64,000 bases of DNA. Origin: a bacterium. GTDB taxonomy: Bacteria > UBA8248. Made by a program: the position numbers and the translations under genes. The stretch lies in the NCBI GenBank assembly GCA_965204535.1, contig CBDBEV010000001.1:2048001-2112000 (forward strand), given 5' to 3'. The notes under the pieces are model-generated. The model was not told where the DNA came from. It saw only the letters and a list, made by a program, of their open reading frames with translations, and did no database searches. This document shows positions 52,133-60,539 of the stretch, piece after piece; position 1 is the stretch's first letter, and each line of letters begins with the position of its first letter.

Positions 52133-55085
52133 GGGCGGCCTCCAGGTTTCCCAGGGGATCGACGGACATCTTGCGTCCCCTGAGCGTGTTGGGGGATGTG
52201 ATCAAGCGTGTCGTATTGTCATCCAAGAAAGCGGCCGTATGGGCCCGCAGCGTAATTACTTGTCGTTTCCCTATGGCTGAAATAAGTTGAACGCGGTAAA
52301 GATCGCAGCCGTTCTCCGGCACATCGAGTTTCACCAGATCGTTGATGGAAAGCGACATCACGAACCGCTGGCCCTCTTCGCAATCCCGCCGGACAACGGG
52401 AGTCCGCGCACGCCGGGCGCGCCGGGCCGCTTCCATGGCCGAGACGACGCGGCCCGCGCGCCTGCCCGTCTCTATGTTCTCGATGATCTCGATGTGGTGA
52501 TTGTTCCCCAATGCGTAGTACTTGAAGGGTTTTTCTTCCCCTTCTCTCTTGACGCCGAACAATCCATTCGGGTTCAGGTTCTCGGCGACGCGCACCGTCT
52601 CGATTCGCGTTCTGCCCGTTCCCTTGTTTGAATGCTCCAGATAGAGCGGCTTTGCGAAGGCACCCTTGGTCTTTTCACCGTGAGCCTTCATACGCTCTTC
52701 GATCAACGCCCGGATGCGAGGGTCGACGATTTTTTCCACCTGCTTCGTCGTGAGCGATTCGAGGGAGACTCTTCGGACGAAAACGTCCTCTCCATCGTGC
52801 GAGATGCGCCCGTAGGCGGTCTCCTCGTGAAAGGCCCCGCTTATCTTCCTGAGCGGCTGGTGGGAGACGACGATTTTCTCTATCCTCTCCCGAACCTCGG
52901 CATCGAATCCGGGCCAGGGCGGCGGCAACGGAAAACGCCTCTTGCCCAGAATCTCCCGCGACTCTGCGGAAAGATTCGCGATGGAATAAAACAACTTCCG
53001 GTTCGTGAGAGCGACGACCAGCGCGTCGACTGCGTGGTGGCGATGGTCGGCGCGGTTTTTCTCCATGTCCGAATCGTCGGCCAGAATCGAGTTCAGCCCC
53101 CAGGAGCGGCGCAGGGCGGCGGTGGCCTGTCCCGTCGTCACTTCAATGGTTGTGTCGAGGTGCCCGAGATAATCCCTCACCTCGCGGCTGATGTAGCGCG
53201 TGTCGTTGAGCTGGCGTTCGATGAACTTGTCCACCTCGATTTCTTTCTGATCGAAGCGCCTTTTCTTCGTGTAAGGCATCTCCTTCATGGAGAAAACGCG
53301 CTGGCGCATGTCGGAGTCGCCTCCCTTCCATTCATGAGGCGTTTTGTCCCCCTTCTCCCGGTTGGCCGAAGCCAGGGAGAGCACCTTGTTCATGTAGGAA
53401 TCATCGAGCGTCCGGCTGTAGGGGAGAATGTGATCCACCTCGTATGCCGCGCTGAAGATATCTCGACAGCCGATGCTCGCGCCCGTGTAGGGGCATTGGC
53501 CCTTCTGCTCTTTCCACAGCCGGTATCTGAGTCTGTTCCCCCCGTTGTCGGAAACCCCCACCTCCGCTATCACTTTGCGCGCCTCGTCGTTCAGGTCCTG
53601 GTTCTTCCTGTTCTGAGTGTTGAGCTTTATTTTTTGCTTTTGGCCGAGCTTTAAGTCCCGCGCGAGTTCCACGCGGATGCGCGCGGGCTTCCCGTGTTTT
53701 CGAATGACGGCGTTCACCACCTTCCGCACCTCGTTGATCGCTTTCTGGACGATGGGGTTTCTAAGATCCGGGGCGGGCGGAAGCGCGTCCTTCGCGTCGA
53801 TTCGTTTTTGATCCTCGCGCAAATAGCCCGCCGCCTGATAGGCGTCGTGGTAATTCTTCCCCTGCTCCAAGTAGGGCGTAATTCTGCGAATCGCCCGGAG
53901 GGAAAGGTGGGAGTAGCCCGGTTGAAATTCCGTGTTCAAGAAAGCATCCGCCTGATCGTGCGAGAGCTCCCAATGCTCCGTCAGCCGCTTTAGAAGAGTC
54001 TCTTCCTTATGGGTGCTGAACAACTCATCCAGAAACTCTTCCTGCTTGCTCACCGGCATGGCCTCCCACGCCTTTTTCGTGAGGATTTTCCGGACGTCGA
54101 CGAGCGTACGCGCGCCCATCAGGTTCTTCTTCCCGCCCTCTTCGATGTTGAAGGTCTCGCGAGAGTGCAAACCGAGCGCCTTGCGAGCGCCGTTCCAGGT
54201 GAGCGTTTTCTTCTCCCGAAGCTGTTTCTTGATGACTTCTCTTTCGTCTTGTCCGAGCTGTCGATACCCTCCTGTTTCGGGGACTCTGACTTCGAGATTG
54301 TTCACGTCCTGAAGGGTTCGGAACCATTGCGCCTCCGGTCGGCACCAGGGGCATCGCTTCTTGTGCGGCTCGAAGGTGCATTTTCCGACGAGATTCTTCT
54401 GGAGTTTCAGGGGACGCTGGAAGAACAGGATTTTGCGAATCCGCGCGCGGAGCGCATCGGTGAGCAAATCGGGCTTGAACTCCGCCTGCTTACTCCAGAG
54501 TCTGTCGAACTCCTCCTCGTACATAACGCGCTCCGTGCGGCGGTTCCTCTTCTTGGGCTGGTCGGCCAGAAACTCACCCAGCGTGCGGGAGTGCGACTGC
54601 TCGATTTCCCTCCTGAGCTCTCCGATCTCCTGCTTGACGACGCCGTCCTCTTTTTTCTTTTCCCCGGAATCGCGCACCTTGCGGTTGCTGAGGAATCCAC
54701 GCCTCTGGTTCAGGTGGAAAAGGGCGCGCCCGAACTCGTGGGGAGTCAATTCATTGTCCAGCCCCCGCTTTCTGATCTCGTAGGGGTCGGCGCGGTGGAA
54801 CAACTCCTCCCGATCGTGTTCGTTCTCCGGCATAAGCTCGCACCGAATGAGTTCGCTTTGAAGGGTGTCGCGGCGCATCTTCCGCCTGAAACGCTGGCGG
54901 CGGGCCTGGCGGGCGTCGCGCCGCTTGTGGTTCTTGGGGGTCTTCTTCTGCCTGTCGACCATTTCCTGAAACACGCGGACGCCGATTGCTTCGATGCCCT
55001 GCGGATCGCCGGCTTCGTCCTCTTCGACGAGCGCCCAGCCGATGGAATTCGGGCCCAGATCGAGGCCCAACGTAAGATGGCGCAT
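52125..55085 (-). CDS. cas9: Type II-C Cas9, 986 aa
   Basis: RuvC-I LGLDLGPNSIGWA, Arg-rich bridge helix, RRGF, NPIVQKA/RVELAR, HNH DHILPYSR..DDSYMNKVL....NREK, RQLNDTRY, RuvC-III HHAVDA; no csn2 or cas4. Confidence 0.97.
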   Translation of the reverse strand: MRHLTLGLDLGPNSIGWALVEEDEAGDPQGIEAIGVRVFQEMVDRQKKTPKNHKRRDARQARRQRFRRKMRRDTLQSELIRCELMPENEHDREELFHRADPYEIRKRGLDNELTPHEFGRALFHLNQRRGFLSNRKVRDSGEKKKEDGVVKQEIGELRREIEQSHSRTLGEFLADQPKKRNRRTERVMYEEEFDRLWSKQAEFKPDLLTDALRARIRKILFFQRPLKLQKNLVGKCTFEPHKKRCPWCRPEAQWFRTLQDVNNLEVRVPETGGYRQLGQDEREVIKKQLREKKTLTWNGARKALGLHSRETFNIEEGGKKNLMGARTLVDVRKILTKKAWEAMPVSKQEEFLDELFSTHKEETLLKRLTEHWELSHDQADAFLNTEFQPGYSHLSLRAIRRITPYLEQGKNYHDAYQAAGYLREDQKRIDAKDALPPAPDLRNPIVQKAINEVRKVVNAVIRKHGKPARIRVELARDLKLGQKQKIKLNTQNRKNQDLNDEARKVIAEVGVSDNGGNRLRYRLWKEQKGQCPYTGASIGCRDIFSAAYEVDHILPYSRTLDDSYMNKVLSLASANREKGDKTPHEWKGGDSDMRQRVFSMKEMPYTKKRRFDQKEIEVDKFIERQLNDTRYISREVRDYLGHLDTTIEVTTGQATAALRRSWGLNSILADDSDMEKNRADHRHHAVDALVVALTNRKLFYSIANLSAESREILGKRRFPLPPPWPGFDAEVRERIEKIVVSHQPLRKISGAFHEETAYGRISHDGEDVFVRRVSLESLTTKQVEKIVDPRIRALIEERMKAHGEKTKGAFAKPLYLEHSNKGTGRTRIETVRVAENLNPNGLFGVKREGEEKPFKYYALGNNHHIEIIENIETGRRAGRVVSAMEAARRARRARTPVVRRDCEEGQRFVMSLSINDLVKLDVPENGCDLYRVQLISAIGKRQVITLRAHTAAFLDDNTTRLITSPNTLRGRKMSVDPLGNLEAAHD

Positions 55086-55119
55086 AAGGGTCTCCTTGTT
55101 GCAAACGTATTATAAACAA

Positions 55120-55133
55120 GGTATTATAATACC
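55120..55133. promoter_or_regulatory. 14-bp palindrome giving overlapping divergent TATAAT boxes for cas9 and tracrRNA
   Basis: ggtattataatacc. Confidence 0.55.
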
Positions 55134-55135
55134 AG

Positions 55136-55270
55136 ATTATAGCTGATCGATGCCTGCGTTGCTTTTCATAACAAGAAGATTTCGTAACGAATTCTTCGCA
55201 GGCAATTCCCCGGAACGGGGAAACGACCTAACCCTCGCGACGCCTCGGCCTCTCCGGGGGTTCATTTTTT
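55136..55270 (+). ncRNA. tracrRNA
   Basis: Anti-repeat ATTATAGCTGATCGATGCCTGCGTTGCTTTTCATAAC (55136-55172), then AAG, hairpins (gaagatttcg..cgaattcttc; ttcccc..ggggaa) and a T run; divergent from cas9. Confidence 0.88.
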
Positions 55271-55423
55271 GTTGCGCCCCCTCGTTGGCCCCGACTTGCT
55301 CGCCGAGGTCGAGTGCATCGCCGCGTTGCCCGACTGAGCACGCCCGACTACACTCCCACCCGCCAATTTGTATATGTTTTCATCCGCCCGTTCTGATGAT
55401 GCGCGCGACGAAGGAGACACCAC

Positions 55424-56208
55424 ATGCGTGACATGGAAGGAAAAATCGCCCTGGTGGCGGCGGGCAGCAAGGGCCTGGGCCGCGCGTCGGCGCTCAAGAT
55501 GGCGATGCGTGGCGCGAGCCTCGCCATCTGCGCGCGCGATGAGGCCGCCTGCGCCGCGGCAGCTTCTGAGGTCGCGGAACGAGCCGGCGTGGAGACCTGG
55601 CACTGCGCGGCGGACGTGAGCACAGTGGAAGGCGTCCGCAAATTCATCGGCGGGGCGGCGGAGCGTTTTGGCGGCGTGGACGTTCTGGTATCGAACGCGG
55701 GCGGCCCGCCCCGTGGGGTGTTCGAGGATTTTGAAGACGACGCCTGGTTCGACGCCTTCGAACTGAACGTCATGAGCGCGGTGCGCCTCGTGCGCGAAGC
55801 GCTTCCGCACATGCGGGGGCGCGGCGGCGGGAGAATCCTCTTCATCCTCTCCAGTTCGGTGCGCGAGCCCATCGACGACCTCCTGCTCTCGAACGTCATG
55901 CGGCCCGCCGTGGCCGGCCTGGCGAGTCACTCTCGCGCGCACTCGGCGGGGAGGACATCCTCGTGAATGTCGTCATCCCCGGCGTCATCAAGACCGACCG
56001 CGCGATGCAGGGCCGCGAATCCGCCGCGAAGCGCCTGGGGATATCCCTCGAGGAATCGGTCGCCCGGGTGGAGGGCGAGGTGCCGCTGGGCCGCCTGGGC
56101 GAGCCGGAGGAGTTCGGCGCGATGGTGGCGTTTCTCGCCTCGCCCGAGGCGAGCTACATCTCGGGCGGCGTCTTCGCCGTCGACGGGGGCAGGCTCAAGG
56201 CGATTTGA
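55424..56208 (+). pseudogene. SDR family oxidoreductase split by a 1-nt frameshift near 55925
   Basis: ALVAAGSKGLG...VSNAGGP in one frame and NVVIPG...LGRLGEPEE...VDGG in the next; restoring one A gives GLAKSLSRALGGEDILVN. Confidence 0.8.
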
Positions 56209-56283
56209 GGTCAATCTCGACCGATCAGGGAGGGATTGACGACCCGTGGGGGGTTGCTACAGAAGAAATTTTTACTATAATTA

Positions 56284-56371
56284 GTATTTTCAACAATTGA
56301 TGAAAAAATAAATTAAGTGAAATATATTGACAATTTCATTAAATATGGTATTTTCATCAAATGATGAAATA
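56284..56371. promoter_or_regulatory. Two imperfect palindromic operators flanking a TTGACA promoter
   Basis: gtattttcaacaattgatgaaaa (56284) and gtattttcatcaaatgatgaaata (56348); TTGACA at 56327-56332. Confidence 0.6.
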
Positions 56372-57470
56372 TGATGAAAAATTGAAAGGACAAGATATTG
56401 AGTTTGTCGACGCTGTGCGCGATCTTCTCGAACATGTACCGCATGTGGAAGTTGGTCGGGTTGACTATGCTTCCAATATAGGACGCGAATATCAAATAGA
56501 TTTAAAGATCGGTCTAAGTCGTGACGGGGTAAATTATGAACTCATCATAGAAATGAAATCGAATGGGGCGCCACAGTTTGTGCGCTCCGCGATCTATCAA
56601 CTTAACAGCTATGTTGCGCATTCACTTCAATTTAGACACGCGGATGACAGCCGTCGTTTGATTCCGATGGTTGTCAGCCCCTACCTATCCCCGGAGTCGC
56701 GCGCAATCTGCAAAGCTCACAATGTCGCTTATCTCGATCTTTTCGGGAACGCGCATCTCACTTTCGATAGTGTCTATATTGATCGGGCCGTTGCAGGTAA
56801 GCCGAAGTCCGAAACCCGTGCTCTGCGGTCGATTTTCACCCCGAAGGCAGGCGCTATCCTGCGCGTTATGCTGCGTGATCCGGGCCGCGCATGGCGTGTC
56901 GCAAACTTGGCTGAAACAGCCAATACAAGCCTTGGTCATGTGAGCAATGTTCGCAAAGCTTTATTCGAGCGTGAATGGATCAAACAACAGGACGACGGCG
57001 GAGTCCTTGCCAAGCCGGACGCGCTGCTGAAAACCTGGCGAGAGAATTATCGCCGCCCGTCCGGTCATCGCATCACCGGATACACGCATCTCCACGGTGA
57101 GCAGCTTGAAAAGCGGCTGTTGGGAGCACTTAATTCGTATCCACAGAACCCCCGCGCGATCTACTCATTCCATTCCGCCGCCCAATGGATCGCACCTTAT
57201 GGCCGAGACGGCACATATAATTTCTATTCGGACGAGACAGGTGTTCAAACCTTGACTGAGGCATTGCGACTGGCGTCTGTTGCAAAAGGATCGAATGTCG
57301 TCATTCGTGTTCTCAAGGATGAGAGTCTGTTCGACGACGCGATCGAACCTAGGCCGGATATTTTCTGCACCAGCCCAATCGTCACGTATTTTGATTTGTG
57401 GAATGGCAATGACCGAGACCGTGAAGCTGCCGAGTATATAGCAAGGGAGTCCTTCCCGTGGCTAGAATAG
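56361..57470 (+). CDS. Type IV TA AbiEi-like antitoxin/transcriptional regulator
   Basis: PYLSPESRAIC....YLDLFGN, central wHTH (WRVANLAETANTSLGHVS), C-terminal SPIVTYFDL....RDREAAE; overlaps the downstream NTase gene. Confidence 0.72.
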   Translation: MMKYDEKLKGQDIEFVDAVRDLLEHVPHVEVGRVDYASNIGREYQIDLKIGLSRDGVNYELIIEMKSNGAPQFVRSAIYQLNSYVAHSLQFRHADDSRRLIPMVVSPYLSPESRAICKAHNVAYLDLFGNAHLTFDSVYIDRAVAGKPKSETRALRSIFTPKAGAILRVMLRDPGRAWRVANLAETANTSLGHVSNVRKALFEREWIKQQDDGGVLAKPDALLKTWRENYRRPSGHRITGYTHLHGEQLEKRLLGALNSYPQNPRAIYSFHSAAQWIAPYGRDGTYNFYSDETGVQTLTEALRLASVAKGSNVVIRVLKDESLFDDAIEPRPDIFCTSPIVTYFDLWNGNDRDREAAEYIARESFPWLE

Positions 57471-58315
57471 AACAGCGGTTCGCCCATGATTATGATTTTC
57501 GTTCCACTGCGGCGGTCAAGTCCGTATTGATCGAGATCGGACAGATCCTGGGTAGTTTCCAGGGCAAGTTCGTGGTGATCGGGGGCGCCGTTCCCTGGCT
57601 GTTGCCGAGCGAATCCAATATGTCCCATGTTGGCACTCTAGACGTGGATCTGTGTCTCGACGCCGAGGCCCTTGGCGATCGGGAATACGCCCGGCTCGTC
57701 AAATCCCTTCAGAGGCAGGGTTACAATCAGGACGAAAATTTTCGCCCCTTTCAGCTTATGCGTAACGTGCCTTCTCAAGACGGCGGGGCTGACATCAATG
57801 TCGTCGTGGATTTTCTCATGCCGCGCGGAGTCGAGATAGCGAAGAACATCCCGCCGCTTGTCAGCGAGTTCGCCGTACAGCGCGCCGACGGCGGTGACCT
57901 TGCGCTTAGATTCTACGAGGTGGTCCCCATCGAGGGCGAAATGCCCGGCGGTGGCCGCAATCGCGTGCATATTGCCGTGGCGTCGATCCCGGCGCTGTTG
58001 GCCATGAAAGGATACGCCATCGCCAATCGTTTGAAACAAAAAGACGCCTATGACATTTACTTCTCCGTCCGCAACTTTCTAGGCGGGCTGGACGCTCTCG
58101 TCGAAGCAACGAAGCCGCTCCTCGAAGTCGATTCGGCGCGAGAAGGCTATCGTTTGCTCTCGGAAAAATTCCGCAACGTGGATGATTTCGGTCCGACCAG
58201 CGTGCGGCAATTCTTGGAAGGTTCCGACGCGCTCGGCGAGCGCACTGCGGATCAATGGCAACAGGACGCCTTCGGTCAAGTCGACGCATGGCTCAAAGGA
58301 CTTGGCTTGAGGTAA
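57458..58315 (+). CDS. AbiEii-like nucleotidyltransferase toxin
   Basis: VVIGGAVP, HVGTLDVDL, LLAMK, KQKDAYDI. Confidence 0.75.
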   Translation: MARIEQRFAHDYDFRSTAAVKSVLIEIGQILGSFQGKFVVIGGAVPWLLPSESNMSHVGTLDVDLCLDAEALGDREYARLVKSLQRQGYNQDENFRPFQLMRNVPSQDGGADINVVVDFLMPRGVEIAKNIPPLVSEFAVQRADGGDLALRFYEVVPIEGEMPGGGRNRVHIAVASIPALLAMKGYAIANRLKQKDAYDIYFSVRNFLGGLDALVEATKPLLEVDSAREGYRLLSEKFRNVDDFGPTSVRQFLEGSDALGERTADQWQQDAFGQVDAWLKGLGLR

Positions 58316-58517
58316 TTCACTAGGACTGGTCTGGGCTTGTTTATACTGTCAAACACCTTCACTCCTATGACCCCTCGCCTCTCCGGCACAACCTCAACAG
58401 TGACTATTCGATACCCCTCGATAACAAGAAAACCCCATCTTTCTCCCGCCTCGCGCATGGAATATACTGTTTTTTCATCTGGCAAGATATCGGCAATAGT
58501 GAAAGCAGGAGGCGCCA

Positions 58518-60539
58518 TTGAGCGGCTGGCGGATCGGCGTGGACGTCGGAGGCACCTTTACGGACGTGGCCCTGGTGGAGGAATCCACGGGCCGGACGGG
58601 CGTCTACAAGGTCCCCACGTCTGTCGGCGAGCCGGTTTCCGGCGTGCTGGAAGGCGTGCGCGAAGCGCTCCGTGGCGAAGGCCTCGATCCCCAGGACGTC
58701 GTCTACTTCGGCGCAGGCTCGACGCTTGCGGTCAACACGATCATCCAGCGCACGGGCGAGCCGACCGGGCTTTTGACGACGCAAGGTTTCTGCGACGTCC
58801 TGGAACTCCGCCGGACCCGCCTTCCCGATGCGCCCAGCTTTGAAGCGGCCAGACCCGCCCCGCTCGTCCGCCGCGCCCACGTCCGGGAGGTGAGAGAGCG
58901 CGTCGGCGCGGACGGCGCCGTCCTGCGCCCGTTGGATACGGATTCCGTCCTGCAAGGGGTCGAGGAACTCCTGGCTGCGGGCGTCACGGCGGTGGCCGTC
59001 AGCTTTCTGCACTCCTATCTCAATCCGGCCCATGAGCAGGCGGCCCAGGCGGTCATCGCCGAGCGCCGGCCCGAGCTCTTCGTCTGCGCGTCGTGGGAGA
59101 CCTGGCCCCAGCAGCGCGAATACGAGCGGACGCTCGTCTGCGTGATGAACGCCTACGTCGGCTCCACCATGCGCTCCTACTACCGGCGGCTGGAGGAGGG
59201 TCTGCGGGCGATGGGCGTCGGCTGTCCGATCCTGATCACCCAATCGAACGGCGGGACGGTCTCCATCGACGAGGCGGCGCGGATTCCCGTGCGCACGATG
59301 TTCTCGGGGCCCGCTTCGGGGGTGATGGCGGCGGCCAAGTCCGTCCGGGAATCGGACGAGGCGAAGCTCTTCACCCTGGATATGGGAGGGACCAGCGCCG
59401 ACATGTCCCTCATCGACGGCCGGCCCCGCGTGAGCGTGGAGAGCACGATAGGGGATTTTCCGCTATTCCTTCCTGCCGTCGCCATCGAGACCATCGGCGC
59501 CGGGGGCGGATCGGTCGCGTGGGTCGACCCGCACGGCGTCCTGAAGGTGGGCCCGCGCTCGGCGGGGGCCGATCCGGGACCTGCGTGCTACGGCCGCGGC
59601 GGCCGGGAGCCGACCGTCACGGACGCCTACCTCGTAACAGGCATACTGGGCGAGAACGACCTGCTGGGCGGCCGGATGACGCTTTCGCGGGCGCGGGCGG
59701 AAGACGCCATAGGCTCCCTGGGCGAAGCCCTGGGCGTGGAGACGACCCGGGCGGCCGAAGCCGTCCTGCGGGTCGCGACGGCGAACATGGTCGCCTCGTT
59801 CCTGCCGATGATCGCGCGCTACGGCGTCGATCACCGCGAATTCAGCCTCCAGGCCTTCGGGGGCGCCGGACCGACCCACGCCTTCCTGCTGGCGGCGGAA
59901 GCCGGCATCCGAAGGCTCGTCATCCCCCCTGCGCCGGGTGCGATGTGCGCGGTGGGAGCGGCCGTGGCGGACGTGCAGATGGATTTCGTCCGCAGCGTCC
60001 TCACCGACACCTCGGATGTGGAGGGGATGGAGGAGATGTTCTCGGAGATGGAGGAAACCGCCCGGAGGTGGCTCGTCGAGCAGGGTCTGGAGCCCTCGGC
60101 GGCGGCGTTCGAGCGGAGCGCGGATATGCGCTACAAGGGCCAATCGTTCGAGATCATGGTCGGACTGACCGGGAACGGGGATTATCAGGAAACCTTCCAC
60201 CAAAGATACGAGGAGACCTTCGGCTACCGCGACCCCGAGAGCGAGGTCGAGGTGCTGCAGATCCGGATGCTCGCCAGGGCGCCGAATCAGATGGTCGGCG
60301 CCGCATCTTCCCCAATGCCCGGTGAATCGGATCGGCCCGAACCCATAGAGACCCGCGAGGTGACGCATCAGGGGAAACGGCTCTCGGTTCCCGTCTACCA
60401 AAGAGCCCGGATTCCCGCCGGCCTTCAGCTCTCCGGCCCCGCCGTGCTTCTTCAGTACGACACGACCGTTTTCGTCACGCCCGGGTTCGACTTCCAGGTC
60501 GACCCATCGGGCAACCTTCACGCGGAGGCGACCGGATGA
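58518..60539 (+). CDS. Hydantoinase A/oxoprolinase family protein
   Basis: GVDVGGTFTD, SGPASG, DMGGTSAD, SAGADPGPACYG. Confidence 0.93.
   Translation: MSGWRIGVDVGGTFTDVALVEESTGRTGVYKVPTSVGEPVSGVLEGVREALRGEGLDPQDVVYFGAGSTLAVNTIIQRTGEPTGLLTTQGFCDVLELRRTRLPDAPSFEAARPAPLVRRAHVREVRERVGADGAVLRPLDTDSVLQGVEELLAAGVTAVAVSFLHSYLNPAHEQAAQAVIAERRPELFVCASWETWPQQREYERTLVCVMNAYVGSTMRSYYRRLEEGLRAMGVGCPILITQSNGGTVSIDEAARIPVRTMFSGPASGVMAAAKSVRESDEAKLFTLDMGGTSADMSLIDGRPRVSVESTIGDFPLFLPAVAIETIGAGGGSVAWVDPHGVLKVGPRSAGADPGPACYGRGGREPTVTDAYLVTGILGENDLLGGRMTLSRARAEDAIGSLGEALGVETTRAAEAVLRVATANMVASFLPMIARYGVDHREFSLQAFGGAGPTHAFLLAAEAGIRRLVIPPAPGAMCAVGAAVADVQMDFVRSVLTDTSDVEGMEEMFSEMEETARRWLVEQGLEPSAAAFERSADMRYKGQSFEIMVGLTGNGDYQETFHQRYEETFGYRDPESEVEVLQIRMLARAPNQMVGAASSPMPGESDRPEPIETREVTHQGKRLSVPVYQRARIPAGLQLSGPAVLLQYDTTVFVTPGFDFQVDPSGNLHAEATG

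Noticed and set aside
52632-55115. 340-aa and 368-aa plus-strand ORFs
   Set aside because: Antisense to cas9 with no independent coding signal
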